Of a stretch of DNA of 53,501 nucleotides, positions 47,402 through 53,501 are shown in pieces (the first letter of the stretch is position 1; every line of letters begins with the position of its first letter). The DNA is from Mesotaenium endlicherianum. Taxonomy: Eukaryota. Where the stretch lies: the NCBI GenBank assembly GCA_009602735.1, contig WELA01000919.1, positions 86,330 to 139,830 on the forward strand, written 5' to 3'. The notes under the pieces were generated by a model. That model ran no database searches. It worked only from the letters and a program-made list of their open reading frames with translations, and had not been told where the DNA came from. Made by a program: the position numbers and the translations under genes.

Positions 47402-48259
47402 TCAGTCCCACTGCAAAAGGTCGGGCAGGGGATGCTGCACCACGACAGCAGGAGGCGGCGAGGGCACGGGCGCAGGCACTGGCGGGGGGGCACCACCTGG
47501 CTCCCCATATCTTGTCGGCAAGCTCACTGCGTGGATTGGGGGTGACAGCGAGCCGTGCCTGGGCACAGCTGGCGCAAGGCCGGGGGAGCGGGGGAGGCGA
47601 GCTGGCGACAGAGGGTGCCTTGGGGGGGGTGAGAGAGACCTGGTGGAGTGGAGAGGCGGGCTCGAGAAGCGATCTGCATCATGAGGAGCATGAAATTTAC
47701 GGTGAGGGGGGCTTTCGCTCTGCTGGAGGGGGGGGGCGGCTGTCGATGCCTCGTAAGGGTACTGGGCGCCAGAGGCAGCAGAGGTGGCGGCTGAGGAAGC
47801 GACCACGCCCGCACCGGCACCAGCGCCAGCAGCAGCGGGGTTCCCAGCAGGATTGCTTCTGGCAGGCACTGCTTTGCGGGGGGAGCTGCCAGGTGTGTGC
47901 AGGGGGCTCCTGCGTTCCCGCGTGGCGTGGATGCCACCTGTCCGCAACGGAGAGGCCCCTTGCTCTCGGTGCGCGCTTTGAGATTCCGCCGCTGTCAGTC
48001 GGGCCACAGAGTGGCCGTGGCAGACGCAGATGCGATGCTGCGACGACTCCGAGGAGAAGGGGCCGCAGACGTCAATCACGAGCGCGGCCGCCTTGTCCCG
48101 CCGCTCCACGCTTTGCCAGCTGTCGCGCCCCTGGTGATCAAAGGCTGTGTTGGCAAAGCAGAGCTCGAACGCGCCGCTTTGGTCGGGCGGCACGATGCCG
48201 GCGGCCGGCGTGACCTGCGGGCGGAACGGAAGGACATGGCGTCAGGTTGACGTGTAGCA

Positions 48260-48347
<88 letters not shown>

Positions 48348-51300
48348 NGAGAGAGAGAGAGAGAGAGAGAGAAGCACACAGAAAGCTGAGCCCTGATCCA
48401 GCGCAAATGTTTCAAGCGCCAAGAGGCCACCTCCACAAGCCAGGCGGTGGTGGAATAAGAGGAACCAGAGAGGGCAAGCAGCACGACAAGCAGCACGGCA
48501 AGCAAGCAGCACGGCTCAGAAACAGCAGGAGGGGGTGGCGAGGGTGACCAAGGAGCAGAAGGATAGTCATCAACAGCACCCTCAACAGTCGCGAGAAACG
48601 CAAGCAGAAAGCTCGGGTTTGGTAGAGAGCCAGGTGGCACCGCCGCGGCTCACCTGCAGCCACAGCGGAAGTCCGCTGGTCCACCTGGCAGGCACGGCAG
48701 GGTCCACGCGCACGTCCCCGTGGTCCCCGCTGCCGCACGCGCAGCCCTCGCTGGGCTCCCCCTCCCAGCGGACGCGGAAGAGCGCCGGCTCCTTGCTGCT
48801 GCGGTTGGACAGCCGCACCATGGCCGGGCTGCGGCCCTCCAGGAGCACGCGGGCGGCACTCACCGACGTGGGCGGCGCGCGGCGGGGGCGCGTCGCCTCC
48901 TTCTGGGCGGCAGCAGCCTCCTCGCCATCGGCAGCATCGGCGTCCTCGATGGATTGGGCGGGGGCGGGGGCGGGGGCGGCGCGGAGGAGGGGCAGCAGCT
49001 GCTGGCCGTAGAGGCGGCGGCGGGCGGCCTCGTTGGCGGTGGCGAGGTCGACGCGCAGCAGGCAGCGCACGGGCTTGTGGTCGCTGTCCAGCGCCTCCAT
49101 GCACGCGTCGTACCTGCGCAGCGTTGCGGGCGGCGGCGGCGGCGCATGTCAGGCGCAGTCGGGTGCGCGGTTGGGTGCTCACCTAAACCTCCCTGTCCGA
49201 GATCCTCTCACTCACACGCCCTCACGCGCCGTCACATGCCCTCACACGAGGGCAACACACGCACTGCAGCAACGCAGCACTGCAGTGGGCAGCTGGCGGA
49301 ACGAGGCAGCGGGAGGACGGCTCTCGAGTGGCAGCAGAAACGGCAGCAAGCAAGCAAGCAGCAGCCAGCCAGGCGCTGGAAGGAGAGCGCCTTGGAAGGA
49401 AGAAGCCGTGCCCGACAACGACACGGTCGACGCTCAGGTCAAGCGTACACTCGAGCGCATTCCCCAGGAGAAGAGCACTGCCACCAGCTGCAGAGCCAAA
49501 CTGCGGGCCCCAGGGGCCCGGGGGCAGCATAAAAGAGCGGAGACGCGGCGGGAGGGGGGGNNNNNNNNNNNNNNNNNNNNNNNNNNNNNNNNNNNNNNNN
49601 NNNNNNNNNNNNNNNNNGTAAGGGGGGGGGGGCACGGGGGGGGAGGATGGACAGATGTTGCTCACAGGAGGACGGTGGCCTTGACGGGCTGTGCGAGCGA
49701 GCAGGCAACCGCGTGCTCCTCGTCCGCGAAGCTGTCGCGGAACAGCACGCGGTCGGTGTAGGCCGGCACCCGCCGCTTCTCGCTCGAGTCGTACGCTGCG
49801 CCCCTCCCCCCCTCCCCCCCCCGCGCCCAGCCCCACCCTCACCGCCACCCCACGTGCAATCGTCAACGCCTGCAGTCCCTGCCAGCTGCTGGTCGTACGG
49901 ATGGGGGGGGGAGGGGGGAGGGGAAAGGGGGGAAGGGCACCGGGCGCAGAGGGGAGGAGGTCTGGTCTCGAGACGCCGGGAGAAGGGTGTGGGAAGGTCA
50001 CGCGTTGGAGGGTCCCGCAGGTAACTAGAGGGGGGACAGAATATGGGAGAGGGACCAGAAGACAGCAAGGAAGCAGAGGCCACGAGCTGGCTTGACGTGA
50101 AGAGGCTGAGGCTGTGGCAGCGGCAGAAAGTGTGCCAGCCAACATGCAGGTCGCCACACGCTAGGGGCACAAGCACAACTACAAGCACGAGCACGAGAAC
50201 CAGCAGTCGCGGCAGCGGCAGCGGCGGCGGCGGCGGCGACGGCGACGGCAGCAAGCAGCGGCAGAGAGCAGCAGCAGGGACAGAGGTAGGAGGCCGCAGC
50301 CAGCAGCTGGCCTTAAGCAGCAGCTGAGGCACCGAATGACAATGGAGGGCTTAGACCACAGGGAGAGCAAGAGGGAGACTCAAAAAGGGCGAGGGGTCCT
50401 GGCTGGCTGGCTAGCTGGCTGGCTGGCTGGCTGGCTGGCCGGCCAGCCGGCAGCCGGCAGGCTCACTCACCCAAGGGGTCGGGCGCGCCCTTGTCAAACT
50501 TGTAGGTGGGGGGGAAGGCGATGGGACCCTCGCGCATGCCCACCAGCGTGCGCCCCTCCGCGCGCTCGCGCAGCAGCTGGTCGTGCGCCGCCAGCACATG
50601 CCAGCGGCGGCGCGCTGCGGCGTCGCGCACGTCGTCGTACGACATGCCGTCAATGCGGTAATTGAGGTCGCCGCACCATATGAGGAGCTCCGCGTCCGCT
50701 AGATCCGGGCGATCGCGGCCCTCCGCGCTCGCCGATGCGGCGGCGGCGTCGGCGTCCTGCGCGGGCGGCGGCGGCGCGACAGGGGCAAGAATATAATGTC
50801 AGCGTGGCGTCGTGATGATGTTGGCACGACGACAGGATGACACCAGCATGCCGGCAAGGGGCAGTCGGTACGACAGCGGCGTGGTGTTGGTGTGACATCA
50901 TCGCGATCTCAGCATCGCGGCAGCGTGATGTCACAGTGGCATCGACGCGACATGGGCACGATGATGTCAGCAAGCAGGCCCGCCCGCACCTGCCTTGCCA
51001 CTCTCCTTCGTGTGCCTGTTATACCAAAGCCACGTGCTTGCTTCTTGTCTGGGGTCTGCGATCACTTGTCAAGCAGTGGGCGGCAGAAATAAAAGCATAC
51101 ACTGCCCTCCCTCCCCCCCAGCAACTGCGAGAATCTGCCACCGCTGCTCTCCCAGGAGAGGAAGCAGCCACATGCCACTCGACCAATCCCTCTCCTCTCG
51201 CGTTGTCCGCTCATTCTGCCGTCATACACCGGCACCATTTGAGGGCATCCGCAAAAGCGGAGCGGAGAGAGCACTTTGGTCTCTCTTTGTATAAGGGCAA

Positions 51301-53278
51301 AGACATGCACCGTAACAGACCAGAGAGAAACTAAGGGTGCTTGTTTTGGGGTTGGGGTTGGGAGGGGGGAAAGGCGGAGAAAGGAAGGGGTACGCCGGGG
51401 GGGGGAGTGGGCATGAGCGGGATTGAGTTTAGCACTACGCCACATACGTCAGCAGCGGAGAGCGCGCCGGGGTCCTCGTACTCCTCCACTGCCTCGATGG
51501 GCTGCAGGGGCTGGTGGCCGGAGCCTCCCCCCCTGCTGCCGCTGCGCGCGCCGGCCTGCGCCACCTTCATGATGCCGTTGACTGCCTGCGCGAACCCACC
51601 TGCGACCGCCACACAGAGGAACGTAGAGCGCCGATCAGATATCGGCGCCTCTGGAGGCGGCGGCGATGAAGGGGGACCGTGCAGAGCATCGTTCTTCAGT
51701 AACGCAGCGAATGACGAGAGGAGGAGCTGCCAGCTGCCATTGGGGCAGTCGGGCAGTCAGCCAGCAGCATCAAGAGCAGCACTAGCAGCAGGCGGCTCAG
51801 CTCAGCTCGCAGAAAAGTCGTCCTCAGCCTCTGGGGGACGCGATGGGAGCAAGCCCTCTCGCAGCTTCCTCTCTGGAGCACGAGAGGGAGAGCCGCGCAT
51901 GAAAGAGGAAGGAGAGGTGAAAAGTAGCAGTTGGCTGCAGGCCAGATGACAGGCTCGCTCTTCCTCACGCCCCCCCCCCCCTCCTCCAGGCTGCTGCAAG
52001 GCCGGCAATCCAGCATGCCCCCTCCTTCCCACACAGGGCTTGCCTCCCCCCGCACTCGCACTCTCCACCTCTGGGAAGGCCAGAGCCGGGGCCGGAGGAG
52101 GAGGAGGAGGAGGAGGAGGAGGAGGAGGAGGAGGAAGAGGAGCTCGTTACCGCCGGCGGCGCGGGCGACGTTGGAGGCGGCGTTGCTGACGACGGTGCCG
52201 AGCGAGCGGCCGAAGGCCATGCGGTGGTACACGTGCTTCCAGTCCTGGTTGCGCTTGAGCGCCGCGTCCTGGTGCGCCGCAAAGTGGCTGGTGAGCACGC
52301 ACACCGTGCGCCGGAACACGCGCATGCGCACGCCCACGCCCCCCTGCGAGCCCCACCACCCCCGCACCCTCACACGCACCCGCACCCGCACAGCACCCAA
52401 ACCCGCACCATAAGAGGCACCCGGACTTGCGTCAGCACCGCACACGCACCCGCGCCATAACCGGCCCACGTGTCCGCGCCCGCACCGGCACCAGCACCAG
52501 CACATGAGTCAGCATCCGCACCATCGTCGGCACCCGGACCCGCATCCGCACCCTCACCCTTACCGCCGCCGGCACCCGCACCCCACCGCAGCGCGACAGA
52601 TGGCCCCGCGTGCCGGCGGGCGTGCACGCGGCGCCATGCAGGCAGCGAATGCTCTCTCAGAACTGCAGCGGAGCCGTGGGCAACAATCGGGCAACCCAGC
52701 GATCAGCGCAGGGAAGCAGGCCAAGGCCAACACGCACGAGGCCATTGTTTTCTCCAAGTGCTTGTATGGCTTTGCAGGTAGCAGCAGGCACACTTGTGCT
52801 GCCCTTTGCTTCTGCTGATGCACAGAAGGAGCCTTTCCAGCAGCCTGCCTCACATTGAAGGCTATCAGTCGGTCGGCCCCAAACTGAAGATCAAGTGGTA
52901 CGACCGGAGAGGGGGACGTGCCTGCCGTTGAAAGATAGGCCAAAAAAGAAACAGAAGTAGAATGGGAGACACGGCATTGCCGTGGAGGAGGGAGAGCTGC
53001 AGCCGGGTGGTGAAAAAGAGCGGGAGGGGGAGTGGGAGAGAGAATTCGCGGGTAGAGACCAGGGAGAAGGAGAGGGGGGGTGGAAAGACAGAGGGTGGCA
53101 AGGAGGGGGTGAGGGAGGGATGGAGGGAGAATCAACGTCGAGGGAGGAGAGGCAGGGTGCAAGGGGCAAGAAGAGAGGGAGAGGGAGACAAACCTTATTC
53201 CCAAGGGCGCGTCCGAAGCCGCAGGCAATGGCGCCAACCTCCACGTCACTGATGTGGCGCACCAGGTTGCTCCTGGCC
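47402..53278 (-). CDS. Inositol polyphosphate 5-phosphatase (plant 5PTase12/13/FRA3-like), 3' portion. Exons 53278-53194, 52343-52151, 51599-51448, 50756-50471, 49795-49666, 49113-48654, 48214-47402; gene continues beyond the right edge
   Basis: VGAIACGFGRALGNK|GGVGVRMRV..SHFAAHQ..KRNQD, IWCGDLNYRI, DQL, FPPTYKF, YDSSEKRRVPAYTDRVLF, SDHKPV, WLQ|VTPAAGIV. Junctions are phase-consistent. Confidence 0.92.
48265..48372. repeat. (GA)n microsatellite, intronic
   Basis: Uninterrupted GA run apart from one N. Confidence 0.95.
49561..49617. other. Assembly gap (N run)
   Basis: Ns flanked by G runs. Confidence 1.
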
Positions 53279-53501
53279 CTGCACGCCCCCCCACGCTCAC
53301 CCGGCACGCAGAGAGTAGTCAGCCCCGACGGGCGCCCTCCGCTGCCATCTAGCATGCACCCGACCTTACACACATTGAAAAGTTTCGCATTCCGGGTTTT
53401 CTGGCTGCCCCGATGTCTACGGCTGCCTGCAGCTGGTCCTCCTTCTCCTTTCACCGACAGAAAATTATTAGGGGGTGGGAGGGGGGCCGAGGAGGGGGGG
53501 A

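Noticed and set aside
46853..48213. + strand ORFs of 81 aa and 375 aa
   Set aside because: No motifs; the longer one overlaps the 5-phosphatase last exon in antisense.

Overview
Eukaryotic, GC-rich, intron-rich DNA with many microsatellites and three N gaps. The plant-type TBP, 5-phosphatase and GCK genes suggest a streptophyte green alga (inference). Gene order: a possible secreted M14-carboxypeptidase-like gene running off the left edge (-), a 7-exon DENN-domain gene (+), an inverted head-to-head pair of ZNFX1-like SF1 helicase / NF-X1 zinc-finger / RZ-finger genes (copy A on -, copy B on +), a GCK (twin-CX9C) gene (-), TBP (+), and the 3' part of an inositol polyphosphate 5-phosphatase (-). 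The main result is the ZNFX1-like pair. Both copies carry an N-terminal PB1 domain and TPRs. Copy A is preceded by an ORF resembling the C-terminal RNA-sensing domain of RIG-I-like receptors, which can be spliced in frame onto it. The copies have diverged asymmetrically: A keeps CCCH, PB1 OPCA and the RZ Cys; B has 8 copies of a zinc-finger repeat and a dead RZ finger. This resembles a paired RNA-sensing immune locus. Each copy has a frame disruption in this assembly, so function is unproven. All domain calls come from motif recognition by eye; no searches were run.
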